A stretch of DNA of 21,980 nucleotides. Origin: Archangiaceae bacterium (GTDB lineage Bacteria; Myxococcota; Myxococcia; Myxococcales; Myxococcaceae). The first letter of the stretch is position 1; each line of letters begins with the position of its first letter. Position numbers and translations under genes: made by a program. This document shows, one piece after another, positions 8,701-17,310 of this stretch. Location: contig JAYVCD010000003.1 of assembly GCA_043750125.1 (NCBI GenBank), forward strand, positions 1 to 21,980, read 5' to 3'. Below the pieces are notes generated by a model. The model was given only the letters and a program-made list of their open reading frames with translations. It had not been told where the DNA came from and made no database searches.

Positions 8701-9041
8701 GAGAGGTACTCGAGCACTCGGGATCGCGCCCAGTAGGTGTCGGTGCCGTCCTCGAAGATGATGTAGACGTAGCTGAAGCCGAAGTCCGAGAAGCCGCGAA
8801 TGGCTTTCACCTTCGGAGCCCCGAGCAGCGCCGCGATGATCGGATAGGTGACCTGGTCCTCGATGATGTCCGGGCTGCGGTCCCATCGCGAATAGACGAT
8901 CACCTGGGTGTCCGAGAGATCGGGCAGGGCATCGAGGGGAATGTTCTTCATCGTCCAAAAGGCGCCGACCAACGCGACCAGCGTCGCGGCGATGACGAGG
9001 TACTTGTTCTCGGCCGAGAACCGGATGACGCGCTCGATCAT
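5748..9041 (-). CDS. cusA: CusA/SilA-type heavy-metal RND efflux permease
   Basis: 1097 aa; LDALPDLSDTQVIV, ELGPDATSVGWVFQY, GVLVDGAIVEVEN, SEFMPPLNEG, MLSTGIRTPVGIK and RVRPKAMT are HME-RND motifs of the Cu/Ag subgroup. Confidence 0.95.
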   Translation of the reverse strand: MIERVIRFSAENKYLVIAATLVALVGAFWTMKNIPLDALPDLSDTQVIVYSRWDRSPDIIEDQVTYPIIAALLGAPKVKAIRGFSDFGFSYVYIIFEDGTDTYWARSRVLEYLSKISSQLPAGVKTELGPDATSVGWVFQYALVDKSGKHSSDELRSYQDWFLHYAVQSVPGVAEVATVGGQVRQYQVTVNPTALAAYKLPLDKVIEAVRQGNNDVGGRLIELAGREYMVRGRGYVKTIGDLEKLVLKTEGGTPITLKEVATVSIGPEMRRGIADYDGEGDVVGGIVVMRQGENALKVIERVKARLEELKPSLPEGVEVVTTYDRSLLIQSAIHTVKAKLVEEMIVVSLIILLFLWHFPSAMVPILTIPTSVALAFIPMYAMGLNANLMSLAGIAISIGVLVDGAIVEVENAYNKIYRWQAAGKKGDFHQVRLAALLEVGPSVFFSLLVIAVAFLPVFTLIDQEGRLFRPLAYSKNLAMAIAALLAITLDPAIRMLFARIEPFRFRPRPLAWVATQLFVGKYYSEERHPISRLMHRLYERPCRFVIRHARATIVTSLVLVAATIPIYLALGSEFMPPLNEGSLLYMPSAVQPGMSVAEAQKALQVQDKILMTFPEVERVFGKAGRAGTPTDPAPFSMMETTVLLKPHEQWRGKPRWYSGWPEWIKPLFRSGWSDRISEPELIAQLDAALQLPGISNAWTMPIKGRLDMLSTGIRTPVGIKLSGPDLTVIQATALEIEAAIKKVPATRSVYAERVAGGYFLDFVLNRDQLARYGLSVDDANMMVMTAVGGDNQTTVIDGRQRYGVNVRYARDYRDDLEALKRVLLPLPGGQGQIPMSEIAEVRLAEGPSMIRDENGLLAGYVYVDFDTAKVDVGHFVDEAKAAVAAIKLPTGYALSWSGQYENMLRVKERLKLILPITLVLIFFLLFMNTKSAFKASVVMLAVPFSMIGAVWLLFVLGYNVSIAVWVGMIALMGLDAETGVFMLLFLDLSHQEAKDAGRLKTTGDLVEAIIHGAVKRVRPKAMTVFAAFSGLLPIMWSTGTGADLMKRVAAPMVGGLVTSFLLELLVYPAIYYLWRRKEVVEGEPTPVEAIAVAAANG

Positions 9042-9044
9042 CGC

Positions 9045-10367
9045 TCAGGGCCCCGAGAGCGCGGCGCGCAGCTGCGATTCGGAATCGACCAGGAAGTTGG
9101 CGCGGGTCACCACGTCCTGGCCCTCGTCCAGCCCTTCGATCACTTCGGTCTGATCGCCGGCCTTCCCCCCGAGCTTCACCGGTTGGGGCCGGAACTTGCC
9201 GTCGCCCAGAGCCACGAAGACCAGGTCGCGGGTTCCGGAATGGACGACGGCGTCGAGGGGGATGAGCAGACCTTCACGGGGGCTGGCCTTGAACTCGACC
9301 TCCCCGTACATCTCGGGCTTGAGCTCGCCCGTTGGATTGGGAATGTGGACGTGGACCTTGACCGTCCGACTCTTCGAATCGAGCAGCGGCTCGATGAACT
9401 GCACCCGGCCTTCGAACGGCTGGTCGGGGTAGGCGGGCACGATCAGGGTGGCGCCCATTCCAATGTGGACCTTGGCCAGGTCGGTCTCGTACGCATCGGC
9501 CATCGCCCAGACCACGCCCAGGTCCGTAATCTCGTACGGAGAATCGCCCGGGGCGATCCGGGCTCCCTGGACGACGTTCTTCGCCGTGACCACGCCCGAA
9601 ATGGGGGAGACGAAGGTGAGGCTCTTCGAGGGTTGTCGGGTCCGTTCGAGGCGATCAATCTCGCTCGTCGGTACGTCCCACAGCTCGAGCTTGCGTCGCG
9701 CGGCCGCGACGAGGCTATCGCCGTTGCTCGACAGCGCGCCGCCCCGAGCCAACGCTTGCTGCGTCTCGAGCGCGAGCACGTATTCGTTCTGCGCTGACAG
9801 CAGGCTCGGGCTGTAGAGCGAAAACAGCGGCTCGCCTTTGCGCACCGGTTTTCCGATGAAGTCGACGAAGAGGTGCTCGACGTACCCTTCGACCTTGGCG
9901 TTGATCTTCCGCACCCGGGTCTGGTCGACCTGAATGCGGCCGATGGTGCGCCAGCTTCCCCCGACGTCTCCGCGCTTCACCGCTTCGGTGTGGAGGCCGA
10001 TCAGCTGCTGCCGCGCAGAGTCGATGGTGACCGCGGCGAACCCTTTGACCGTGGGTGCATCAGCCGGGGACTCATCGGCGTAGACGGGCACGTAGTCCAT
10101 GCCCATCTCGTCCTTCGCCGGAACCGGAGAGGTCTGCTTCGGGTTCATCGGCGAACGGTAGAGCGTCACCTTGCGCTCGCCCGGACCCGCGCTCTTCGCG
10201 GTGGCCGGCGGAGCGCTGCGATGCATGGCGAACCACACGCTGCCGCCGCCGAGGATCAGCCCGAGCGCTGCGCCCGTCAGCGCGATCACGAGCGGAGGAA
10301 TCTTCCGGTTCCCCCGGGGCGCCTGGGTCGGTGCCGCGGTCGTGGGGACAGTCATTTCGGTACCCAT
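9045..10367 (-). CDS. cusB: CusB-type RND periplasmic adaptor (membrane fusion protein) with N-terminal Met-rich metal-binding motif
   Basis: ATG at 10367 with GAGGAG RBS next to the upstream stop; one TM helix; YRSPMNP...KDEMGMDYVPVY; VRKGEPLFSLYSP, SPISGVV, LKPEMY, ANFLVDSES. Confidence 0.92.
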   Translation of the reverse strand: MGTEMTVPTTAAPTQAPRGNRKIPPLVIALTGAALGLILGGGSVWFAMHRSAPPATAKSAGPGERKVTLYRSPMNPKQTSPVPAKDEMGMDYVPVYADESPADAPTVKGFAAVTIDSARQQLIGLHTEAVKRGDVGGSWRTIGRIQVDQTRVRKINAKVEGYVEHLFVDFIGKPVRKGEPLFSLYSPSLLSAQNEYVLALETQQALARGGALSSNGDSLVAAARRKLELWDVPTSEIDRLERTRQPSKSLTFVSPISGVVTAKNVVQGARIAPGDSPYEITDLGVVWAMADAYETDLAKVHIGMGATLIVPAYPDQPFEGRVQFIEPLLDSKSRTVKVHVHIPNPTGELKPEMYGEVEFKASPREGLLIPLDAVVHSGTRDLVFVALGDGKFRPQPVKLGGKAGDQTEVIEGLDEGQDVVTRANFLVDSESQLRAALSGP

Positions 10368-10378
10368 GTTGTTTCTCC

Positions 10379-11797
10379 TCACATTCCGGGGGACGACATT
10401 CCGGCTTGTTCCCCGGGTTGAGACGCAGGTCCGCTGGATCCCGAGGGTGCGGCGCCCATCGCACTGGCGCCAGGGACGCCGGTGCCCATGCCGGGCGCCA
10501 GAACACCACCGACCGGGTCGAGGCTGAGCTCGCGCTGCGCCGTCGCCAGGCGTTGAGTCGTGGCCGCCGACTCGAGGAAACCGTTCAAGTCGTTCAAGTA
10601 GCCCGCGAGCGCTTCGAGTACAGACGCGAACGTCACTTTTCCGACCTGGTATTGCGCCAGGGTGCTGGTGACGGTGCTTTCCGACTGCACCAACAACCCC
10701 GCCCGATAGAGGCGATTGCTTTGCACCAGCGCGTCGAGCATCAAGCTGCGTTCCCGCATTCGTTGGCGCAGCAGCCCTCGCACCGCTTCTGCCCCATCTG
10801 CCGCCCCCCTCTTGCGAAGCTCGTTTTCGGACACAGCGTGGGCCTGCCGGGAAGCGGCCCAGATCGGAATGCTGAATGACACGCTCAGCTGCCACATCGG
10901 CTCGAGCTTCCCCCGGGGCATGACTCCCGCGCTCAAAGAAGGGTCGGGGAAGAAGTCCTTTCGCGCCAGCGCGACGCGCTTCTCGGACTGCGCGATCACC
11001 AACCCTGCCTTCTGCAGCTCGGGACTTCGGGTCTCGAAATCGTCGGTTTCCCGGCCTTCAATCGAAGGATCCGCAATGTCGGCCAGGCTTCGGGTCGTCG
11101 CGATCGCCTCACCCAGTGGGTAGCCGCGCAGCCGATTGAGCACCTCGACGCGCCGACGTTCCTCGGCCTCGAGCACCCATCTGCGTTGGCTCAGTCGGCT
11201 TCTCTCGAGCTGGGCGCGCAACAGGTCAGACTGCGCGCCTTCCCCAGCCTCGTAGCGGGTGCGGGCCAGACCTTCCGACAACTGCCACAAGGCCTCGAGC
11301 TTCAGCAGCAGGCGCAGCTGATCGCGGGTGAGCAGCAGGTCCACGTAGCCCCGCTCGACCTCGGCGCGAACGGCGAGCAGCACGCGCTGAAGATCTGCTT
11401 TCGACTGATCCACCGCGAGGCTCGCCACCTCGGAACGGAGCCCCCGCTTCCCGTACCAGGGCACCGTCTGGGTCGCCATCAGGGTGATCCAGCTGGTCTC
11501 CATCTGACCGATCTGGATCTTCGTGAAGCTGTCGTTCTGAATTCCAAACGTGAGCGAGGGGTCGGGGAAGGCGTTTGCCTGGGGCACGCGCTCGCGCTCT
11601 GCCTCGATCACCTCTCGCGCCTGGGAGACCTCGGGGCGCTTTTCCAGGGCCTGTGAAACCAACCCGAGGAGCACCGGGTCCTCGTTGAGCGGGGTGCCGG
11701 GCTCTGCGGCGAGCGCAACCCCGGGCGCGGCCAATGCCAACAGCAGGACGACCCGCCCGAAGCGGCGCGCGGCGGGAGTCTTGAGATCCGGTTGCAC
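10379..11797 (-). CDS. cusC: TolC/CusC-family outer-membrane efflux protein
   Basis: Signal peptide, FPDPSL, QTVPWYGKRGLR, RYEAGEGAQSDLLRAQ, QYQVGKVTFASVL; first gene of a C-B-A operon. Confidence 0.88.
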   Translation of the reverse strand: MQPDLKTPAARRFGRVVLLLALAAPGVALAAEPGTPLNEDPVLLGLVSQALEKRPEVSQAREVIEAERERVPQANAFPDPSLTFGIQNDSFTKIQIGQMETSWITLMATQTVPWYGKRGLRSEVASLAVDQSKADLQRVLLAVRAEVERGYVDLLLTRDQLRLLLKLEALWQLSEGLARTRYEAGEGAQSDLLRAQLERSRLSQRRWVLEAEERRRVEVLNRLRGYPLGEAIATTRSLADIADPSIEGRETDDFETRSPELQKAGLVIAQSEKRVALARKDFFPDPSLSAGVMPRGKLEPMWQLSVSFSIPIWAASRQAHAVSENELRKRGAADGAEAVRGLLRQRMRERSLMLDALVQSNRLYRAGLLVQSESTVTSTLAQYQVGKVTFASVLEALAGYLNDLNGFLESAATTQRLATAQRELSLDPVGGVLAPGMGTGVPGASAMGAAPSGSSGPASQPGEQAGMSSPGM

Positions 11798-11928
11798 GCG
11801 ATGTTCACCAGCGCCGGGGGAAGGGGCGCGCTCGATTTGTGTGTCACATGTGGCGAAATTGCTCCCACTGCCGGACGGGCCGCCATAGAGCCACGCGGCC
11901 GATCACGATTCAAAACGGATCACCCCGG

Positions 11929-11946
11929 TGCAAAGGCCACGCCCAG
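11929..11946 (-). promoter_or_regulatory. Putative sigma54 (-24/-12) promoter for the cusCBA-like operon
   Basis: Minus strand CTGGGCGTGGCCTTTGCA = GG-N10-GC with GGCRYG-N4-TTGCA, about 130 nt upstream of the cusC start. Confidence 0.4.
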
Positions 11947-12038
11947 CCTTTATGCCCGCGAACGCGCCGCCCGGGTCAGCACCGCTTTGCAGCCCCTCGC
12001 TGCGGGTGCAGCCTTTGCGCGACCGCTGAAGAGGGCCG

Positions 12039-14384
12039 TCAACGGACAGCGGCGGGGTCGATGCGAAAGCGCCGCAACCGCAATGCATTGAGGATGACTG
12101 AGACGGACGACACGCTCATCGCCCCGCTGGCGATCATCGGGCTGAGCAGCAGGCCGAAGACCGGGTAGAGCACTCCGGCGGCGATCGGCACCCCGAGGAC
12201 GTTGTAGACGAACGCGAAAAACAGGTTTTGGCGGATGTTGCGAATCGTCGCTCGGCTCAATCGAATCGCCCGCAGGATTCCGGTGAGATCTCCTTTCACC
12301 AGCGTCACGCTGGCGCTCTGAATCGCCACATCCGTTCCGGTGCCCATCGCGATGCCGACATTGGCCTGGGCCAGCGCCGGTGCGTCGTTGACGCCGTCTC
12401 CGGCCATGGCGACGACGTGCCCCTGCTGCTGCAACCGCTTCACGATCGCCAGTTTCCCCTCGGGAAGCACCTCAGCCTCGATCCCGTCGAGCTCGAGTTT
12501 CTTGCCCACTGCGTTGGCGGTGGTGCGGCTGTCACCGGTCACCATCCACACCTGAAGGCCCTCGGTACGAAGCTCGCGCAGCGCTTGTTCGGTGGTGGCT
12601 TTGATCGGGTCCGCGACGCCGAGCAGGCCCGCGACCCGACCCCCTTCGATCACGAACATCACCGTCTGACCTTCCTCCCGCAGCGCCTGGACCTGGGCGA
12701 GCAGCGCCGACGGAGCGACCTTCAAGTCCGCGAGCAGCGCCTCGTTTCCCAATGAGACGTCCTTCCCACCGACCTGTCCGGTGATTCCCTTGCCGGTCAC
12801 TGCCCGCACCGAAACCGCCGCTGCGATCGTGGCGCCGCGCGCACTCGCTGCGGCAACGATCGCCGCGGCCAGAGGGTGTTCACTTCCCCGCTCGATGCTG
12901 GCTGCGATCCCGAGCAGCGTCTGCTCGCTGTAGCCTTCTCCCGGCACGATCGAGACGACCTTCGGTTTGCCTTCGGTGAGGGTTCCGGTCTTGTCGATGA
13001 CCAGGGTGTCGACCTTCGCCAACAGCTCGAGCGCCTCGGCATCGCGCACCAGGACCCCGGCCCTCGCGCCTCGGCCGGTCGCAACCATGATCGACATCGG
13101 GGTCGCAAGCCCGAGCGCACACGGACACGCGATGATCAGCACGGCGACGGCGTTGATCAACGCGTTGGCGAGGCGCGGGTCCGGCCCCACCGCGCCCCAG
13201 ACCAGCGCGGTGACAGCGGCGGCACCCAGCACGATCGGCACGAACCAGCGGGCGATCTGGTCGGCCAGTTTCTGAATGGGTGCTCGGCTGCGCTGGGCCG
13301 CGCTGACCTGGCGGACGATCTGCGCCAACAACGTGTCGGCTCCGACGCGCTCGGCGCGCATCACCAGGGCCCCGGTGGCATTGAGGGTTCCTCCCGTCAG
13401 CCGGCTTCCATTGCTCTTGGCAACGGGCATCGATTCTCCGGTGACCATCGATTCATCGATGTTGCTGTTCCCTTCGAGCACCACCCCATCGACCGGCACC
13501 CCTTCTCCGGGTCGAACCCGTAAGCGGTCGCCCGGGTGGACGAGCTCGAGCGGGACATCTTTTTCGGTGCCGTCGGCCTCCAGCCGGCGCGCCATCTTGG
13601 GGCTCAGATCCAGCAGCGTCCGGATCGCGCTCGACGTTTGGCTGCGCGCCCGCAGCTCGAGCACCTGACCCAACAGCACCAGCGCGGTGATGACCGCGGC
13701 CGCCTCGAAGTAGACCGGAGCGGTGCCGTGAGTCAGAAAACCCTGCGGCAGGGCGGAAGGAAGCAGCGTTGCAAAGACGCTGAACGCGAAGGCCGCGCCA
13801 ATTCCGAGGGCAATCTGGGTGAACATGTTCAGGTGCAGCTGCACCACCGACCGCCACCCCCGAACGAAGAACGGCCAGGCGCCCCAGAGGACCACCGGAG
13901 TGGTGAGTGCCAGCTGAATCCAATTCGAGCCCGCGAAGGGCAGGGCCTCCTTCGACATTCCCAGCACCAGCACCGGAGCGGCCAGCGCCGCGCTGACCCA
14001 GAATCGCAAGGTCATCGAGCGCAGCTCCGAGGTGTCTTCCTCGCCGCCCGCGGCGACATCCATCGGCTCGAGCGCCATTCCGCATTTCGGGCAGCTTCCC
14101 GGGCGGTCGCGGATGATCTCCGGATGCATCGGGCAGGTGTACTTTCGTCCGGGGGTCGCGGCGACGGGCGAAGCCGGCACGAGGTATTTCCCGGGCTCGG
14201 CGACGAACTTCTTCAGGCACTTGTCGCTGCAGAAAAAGTACGTCGAGCCTTCCCAGGAGATCTTTCCTCTTCCCGGGGAGCTCGGGTCGACCGTCATCTT
14301 GCAGACGGGATCAGTCGCCGTCGTTGCTGCGGAGTGTGAGGGATTGGGTTGAGTCGTGAGGCCAGCTTGAATGTGCGGATTCAT
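12039..14384 (-). CDS. copA: Cu(I)-translocating P1B-type ATPase with N-terminal YHS and heavy-metal-binding domains
   Basis: DPVCKM...YFFCSDKC (YHS), YTCPMHPEI...[45 protein letters not shown], plus the YN and MSVSS transmembrane ligands of the P1B-1 class. Start taken as ATG 14384. Confidence 0.94.
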   Translation of the reverse strand: MNPHIQAGLTTQPNPSHSAATTATDPVCKMTVDPSSPGRGKISWEGSTYFFCSDKCLKKFVAEPGKYLVPASPVAATPGRKYTCPMHPEIIRDRPGSCPKCGMALEPMDVAAGGEEDTSELRSMTLRFWVSAALAAPVLVLGMSKEALPFAGSNWIQLALTTPVVLWGAWPFFVRGWRSVVQLHLNMFTQIALGIGAAFAFSVFATLLPSALPQGFLTHGTAPVYFEAAAVITALVLLGQVLELRARSQTSSAIRTLLDLSPKMARRLEADGTEKDVPLELVHPGDRLRVRPGEGVPVDGVVLEGNSNIDESMVTGESMPVAKSNGSRLTGGTLNATGALVMRAERVGADTLLAQIVRQVSAAQRSRAPIQKLADQIARWFVPIVLGAAAVTALVWGAVGPDPRLANALINAVAVLIIACPCALGLATPMSIMVATGRGARAGVLVRDAEALELLAKVDTLVIDKTGTLTEGKPKVVSIVPGEGYSEQTLLGIAASIERGSEHPLAAAIVAAASARGATIAAAVSVRAVTGKGITGQVGGKDVSLGNEALLADLKVAPSALLAQVQALREEGQTVMFVIEGGRVAGLLGVADPIKATTEQALRELRTEGLQVWMVTGDSRTTANAVGKKLELDGIEAEVLPEGKLAIVKRLQQQGHVVAMAGDGVNDAPALAQANVGIAMGTGTDVAIQSASVTLVKGDLTGILRAIRLSRATIRNIRQNLFFAFVYNVLGVPIAAGVLYPVFGLLLSPMIASGAMSVSSVSVILNALRLRRFRIDPAAVR

Positions 14385-14397
14385 TTCGCGCGGTGAC

Positions 14398-14414
14398 GCA
14401 AGCCCCGTGCCCAG
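14398..14414 (-). promoter_or_regulatory. Putative sigma54 promoter for copA
   Basis: Minus strand CTGGGCACGGGGCTTGC, a near-consensus GGCACG-N4-TTGC. Predicted +1 falls about 2 nt before ATG 14384. Confidence 0.55.
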
Positions 14415-14476
14415 GTGCGCGCCGCTGTAATCCACCTCGTTAAAATGGGCGGAACCCGCGTGTTACCCTCTTTAAA

Positions 14477-15094
14477 ATGCTTCACGAGGATGGGTCGGAC
14501 GCACCAATCTGGGCCGCGGTGCGCGAAGGGGCGCGATTCTTCATGGGCGAATCGAAAGTCGACCTGGCGCTGGAAGCGGTCACGAAGCTGCTCGATGAGG
14601 AAAAGATTCCGTACTGCCTCGTGGGGGCGATGGCCCTCAACTTTTACGGATACCGGCGGTTCACCGAAGACATCGACCTGCTTTTGACTCCGGCAGGGCA
14701 CGCCGCTTTCAAAGGCCGGGCGGTGGGTCGGGGGTACGTCGAGAAATTTGCCGGTAGCCGAGCTTTGCGCGACACGGTCAACGGTGTGACGATCGATGTT
14801 CTGATCGCGGGCGATTATCCCGGAGACGGAAAGCCCAAGGCGGTCGTCTTTCCCGACCCCGCTTTGGTGGGGCAGAGAATCGGCAGACTGTCGCTGATCC
14901 CCCTGCCCAAATTGATCGAGCTCAAGCTTGCGTCGGGCATCAGCGCGCCGCATCGGCTCAAAGATCTCGCCGACGTTCTGGAACTGGCGCGCGCGATGAG
15001 ACTTCCCCTCGAGCTGGCCCAGAGCCTCGACCCGTCAGTGAGGGAAAAGTATTGCGAGTTGTGGACTGCGGCCCAGGTCGCGGACCCAGACTGA
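14477..15094 (+). CDS. Stand-alone nucleotidyltransferase-family protein (DUF6036/AbiEii-like)
   Basis: YCLVGAMALNFYGYRRFTEDIDLLL NTase signature; IDVL; LIELKLASG...RLKDLADVLEL C-terminal motif. Extended -10-like TGTTACCCT 7 nt before the ATG. Confidence 0.82.
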   Translation: MLHEDGSDAPIWAAVREGARFFMGESKVDLALEAVTKLLDEEKIPYCLVGAMALNFYGYRRFTEDIDLLLTPAGHAAFKGRAVGRGYVEKFAGSRALRDTVNGVTIDVLIAGDYPGDGKPKAVVFPDPALVGQRIGRLSLIPLPKLIELKLASGISAPHRLKDLADVLELARAMRLPLELAQSLDPSVREKYCELWTAAQVADPD

Positions 15095-15099
15095 AGGGG

Positions 15100-15138
15100 A
15101 AAAGAAAAAGCGGGCGCGCCGAATGGGCCGCTCCCGCT
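15100..15138 (-). terminator. Rho-independent terminator of the minus-strand cytochrome pseudogene
   Basis: Minus strand AGCGGGAGCGGCCCATTCGGCGCGCCCGCT hairpin followed by TTTTCTTTT, about 30 nt after the stop at 15167. Confidence 0.65.
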
Positions 15139-15166
15139 GACGACGACTGCCCTGAAGACCGAAGAC

Positions 15167-15690
15167 CTACTGACAGCCGGTGTCGAACCCGGGCGGAATC
15201 GGAACTTCCGGCGTGGTGGCGTCGATCGACCAGATGTACTGAATCAAATCCGAACGGTCCTGTGCCGCAGTCGCTCCGAGGAGAAAGTTCGCGTTGCCCG
15301 CCTGGGTGTGACCGATGAACTTCGGGTCGGTGAACAGCTGGTCCAGCGAAGCGGCTTGACCGTGGTGCAGCAGCGGCGCGCCGACCTGCATCCCGTACAG
15401 CGAAGGCACGTTGTAGCCACCGCGTCCCTGGGCGCGGCCGCCCGTGGTCGGCCCAGTGAGGAACAACAGGGCTCCCCGTGCCACCGCGGTGGGATCCAGC
15501 GTTCCGACCGGAGTCGGCCTGCGGCCCTTGGGCGGGCGAATCGTCCGCGCGAAGCTGTCGATGTCGTCTCAGGCGCCGGCGACGCAACGGACCACTCCGG
15601 CTTGATCGGCGATCTCTTTCGAGGGCTGTCCCAGGTTGTTGGCCGAGAGCGCCACTGAAGTCTCCAGGGCCAGGTTTCCGCAGTCGGTCG
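15167..15690 (-). pseudogene. Remnant of a cytochrome c peroxidase/MauG-like (di-heme) protein C-terminus
   Basis: In-frame reading ...DCGNLALE...RCVAGA*DDIDSFARTIRPPK...DPTAVARGALLF..GG|RAQGRGGYNVPSLYGMQVGAPLLHHGQAASL...DLIQYIWSI. Internal TGA at 15569-15571; the CxxCH expected after RGxxLF is missing; the 5' part is absent. Confidence 0.62.
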
Positions 15691-15846
15691 AAGAGCTACG
15701 GCTTTGCGCCCAAGCGGCTCGACCTCGAGGCCGGTGCCCACGAGATCGAGCTGCTCACGCCTTCAGGCGCGAAGATCGGCCCGAAGAAGGTCGAGCTGAC
15801 GGAGCGTCATACCGAGAACGACCCGTACCGCTGGTTGGTCGATTGA
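15691..15846 (+). pseudogene. 3' fragment of a PEGA-like domain gene
   Basis: KSYGFAPKRLDLEAGAHEIELL resembles the GxxPxxxxLxxGxHxI pattern of PEGA domains, with GC3-rich codons, but has no credible start. Confidence 0.4.
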
Positions 15847-15853
15847 CCGACCC

Positions 15854-17086
15854 TCAAAGCGACTTGAGGTACGCGACCAGATCGCTCTTCTGGTCCGCGC
15901 TCAGCCCAAGAGACTTCCTGGTGTTGTAGGTCTCGACCACCGCGTCGAGGGTCGCCGCGGTGCCGTTGTGGAAGTACGGCGGGTGTTGCCACAGTCCGCG
16001 CAGCGGCGCCGTGCGGTACTGCTTCGTCGCCGTCCGCGACGCATAGCTCGGCGCGCCATTCGGCTCGGGCTCACTGACCACTTCGCTCGGGTCATGCAGA
16101 ACGGCCTGCGAAAACAATTCTCCGGTGTGACAGCCGGCGCACTTCCCCGCGCCCGTGAACACCTCTTTTCCCCGCGCCGCTTTCGCCGCGTCGAACGAGC
16201 CGGCCGGGGCCGATGGAGCGGGTAGGCTCAGCTGATATTCCTGCAGCGCCGGAAGCTTCGTGGACACCAGGTCGTCGGTTCCGTTGGTCACGTTCACTGC
16301 GACCCGAGAATCCACAAACGTTCCGTGACCACCCATCTGGGTGACCGAGACGTAGCGATTCCAGTACGCGATCTTGTCCCCATCACCGGTGGAAGTGATG
16401 CGCGTCATCCCCAGCAATCCATACGCCGGAGGAATCACCTGCGGCCCGTTTTTCCCGTCTTGATTGAACCGCGGGTCGTACTTGCCCGGGCCCCACGAGT
16501 TGTAGATGGCCTTGGTGGCGGCCGGCAGGGCAGGGGACAGCGCGATGATCGCTCCGGGGTTGAGGTCTCGGTTCGCCCAGCCGTCGAGGCGCTTGCCGAT
16601 TCCCTTCGAGAACGAGTCGTCGACCGTCGAGTGGCACAGCGCGCAAGTGATCCCGACGCTGGTCAGGGTGTCCTTGCCATTGACCATTTCGACCTTTCCT
16701 TTCAACCCCACCACCGCATTCAGCTTGAGCAACGCCACCGTGGTGGCCGGGTCGGTCAGGCTGATCGCACCCGATTGAATTCCGCTCACCACCGCTTCGG
16801 GCAGCGCCTCGGCGTCCACCTTCAGACCGACCGACAGCGCGGTCTTCGGGTCGACCGCCGCCTGAATGACCTCGTTCAGCTTCAGAGTTCCGGTCCAGAA
16901 CGTTTCATCGCCAAACGTGTCCGAGCGAAAGATGTCCTTCCCCTGGGCGACCAGCGCTGCGTCGAGCCCCGCGTCGACGACCGGGGGTTCAACCGTGGAC
17001 TTTCCGCAGCCCATGAGGCTGACCCCCAGCGCGATCGAGAGCGCGCCGGTGGAAAAGGACTTCGTCATCGAGATCGGTAAGGCCAT
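15854..17086 (-). CDS. Di-heme c-type cytochrome lipoprotein (CcP/MauG-superfamily-like C-terminal domain)
   Basis: AAGGAG RBS; lipobox LMGC; two CxxCH motifs (CALCH, CAGCH); RGKEVF before heme 2; YRTAPLRGLWQHPPYFHNG...DLVAYLKSL. Confidence 0.88.
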   Translation of the reverse strand: MALPISMTKSFSTGALSIALGVSLMGCGKSTVEPPVVDAGLDAALVAQGKDIFRSDTFGDETFWTGTLKLNEVIQAAVDPKTALSVGLKVDAEALPEAVVSGIQSGAISLTDPATTVALLKLNAVVGLKGKVEMVNGKDTLTSVGITCALCHSTVDDSFSKGIGKRLDGWANRDLNPGAIIALSPALPAATKAIYNSWGPGKYDPRFNQDGKNGPQVIPPAYGLLGMTRITSTGDGDKIAYWNRYVSVTQMGGHGTFVDSRVAVNVTNGTDDLVSTKLPALQEYQLSLPAPSAPAGSFDAAKAARGKEVFTGAGKCAGCHTGELFSQAVLHDPSEVVSEPEPNGAPSYASRTATKQYRTAPLRGLWQHPPYFHNGTAATLDAVVETYNTRKSLGLSADQKSDLVAYLKSL

Positions 17087-17119
17087 GGGTTCTCTCCTTG
17101 AGAACGAGCGGGTGTGTCT

Positions 17120-17150
17120 CTAAGGAGCCGCGGTAGGAAAAAAGGTGACA
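17120..17150 (-). promoter_or_regulatory. Putative ECF-sigma promoter of the di-heme cytochrome gene
   Basis: TGTCAC-CTTTTTTCCTACCGCGG-CTCCTTAG; aligns without gaps to the motif at 18873-18903. Confidence 0.45.
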
Positions 17151-17310
17151 CTCAAAAGTCAGCAACCTTCGCTCGAACGATTTCCTGCAACGGCTCAGAG
17201 GCTGGCGACCTCTTGGTTGAGACAGAAAGGAACAGGGCGCTTCAATCACCGGGGTCGCAATGTCAGCCACTGAACGCAGCTCTGGCCCGTTTGGTGCTGT
17301 TCAAGAGCCC

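Noticed and set aside
4903..9797. Long ORFs 4903..7095 (-), 6009..7013 (+) and 7095..9797 (+)
   Set aside because: Alternative-frame or antisense shadows of cusA/cusB, expected in high-GC DNA; Arg/Gly-rich with no motifs.
10368..10895. 176-aa N-terminal extension of CusB in the ORF track
   Set aside because: Overlaps cusC in another frame; a strong RBS supports ATG 10367.
13805..13835. NMFTQIALG in CopA (Leu usually at the Gln position) as a sign of inactivation
   Set aside because: A single substitution; all catalytic and metal-ligand motifs are intact.
14385..14435. Longer CopA start (GTG 14435)
   Set aside because: This stretch contains the sigma54-like promoter; ATG 14384 is more plausible.
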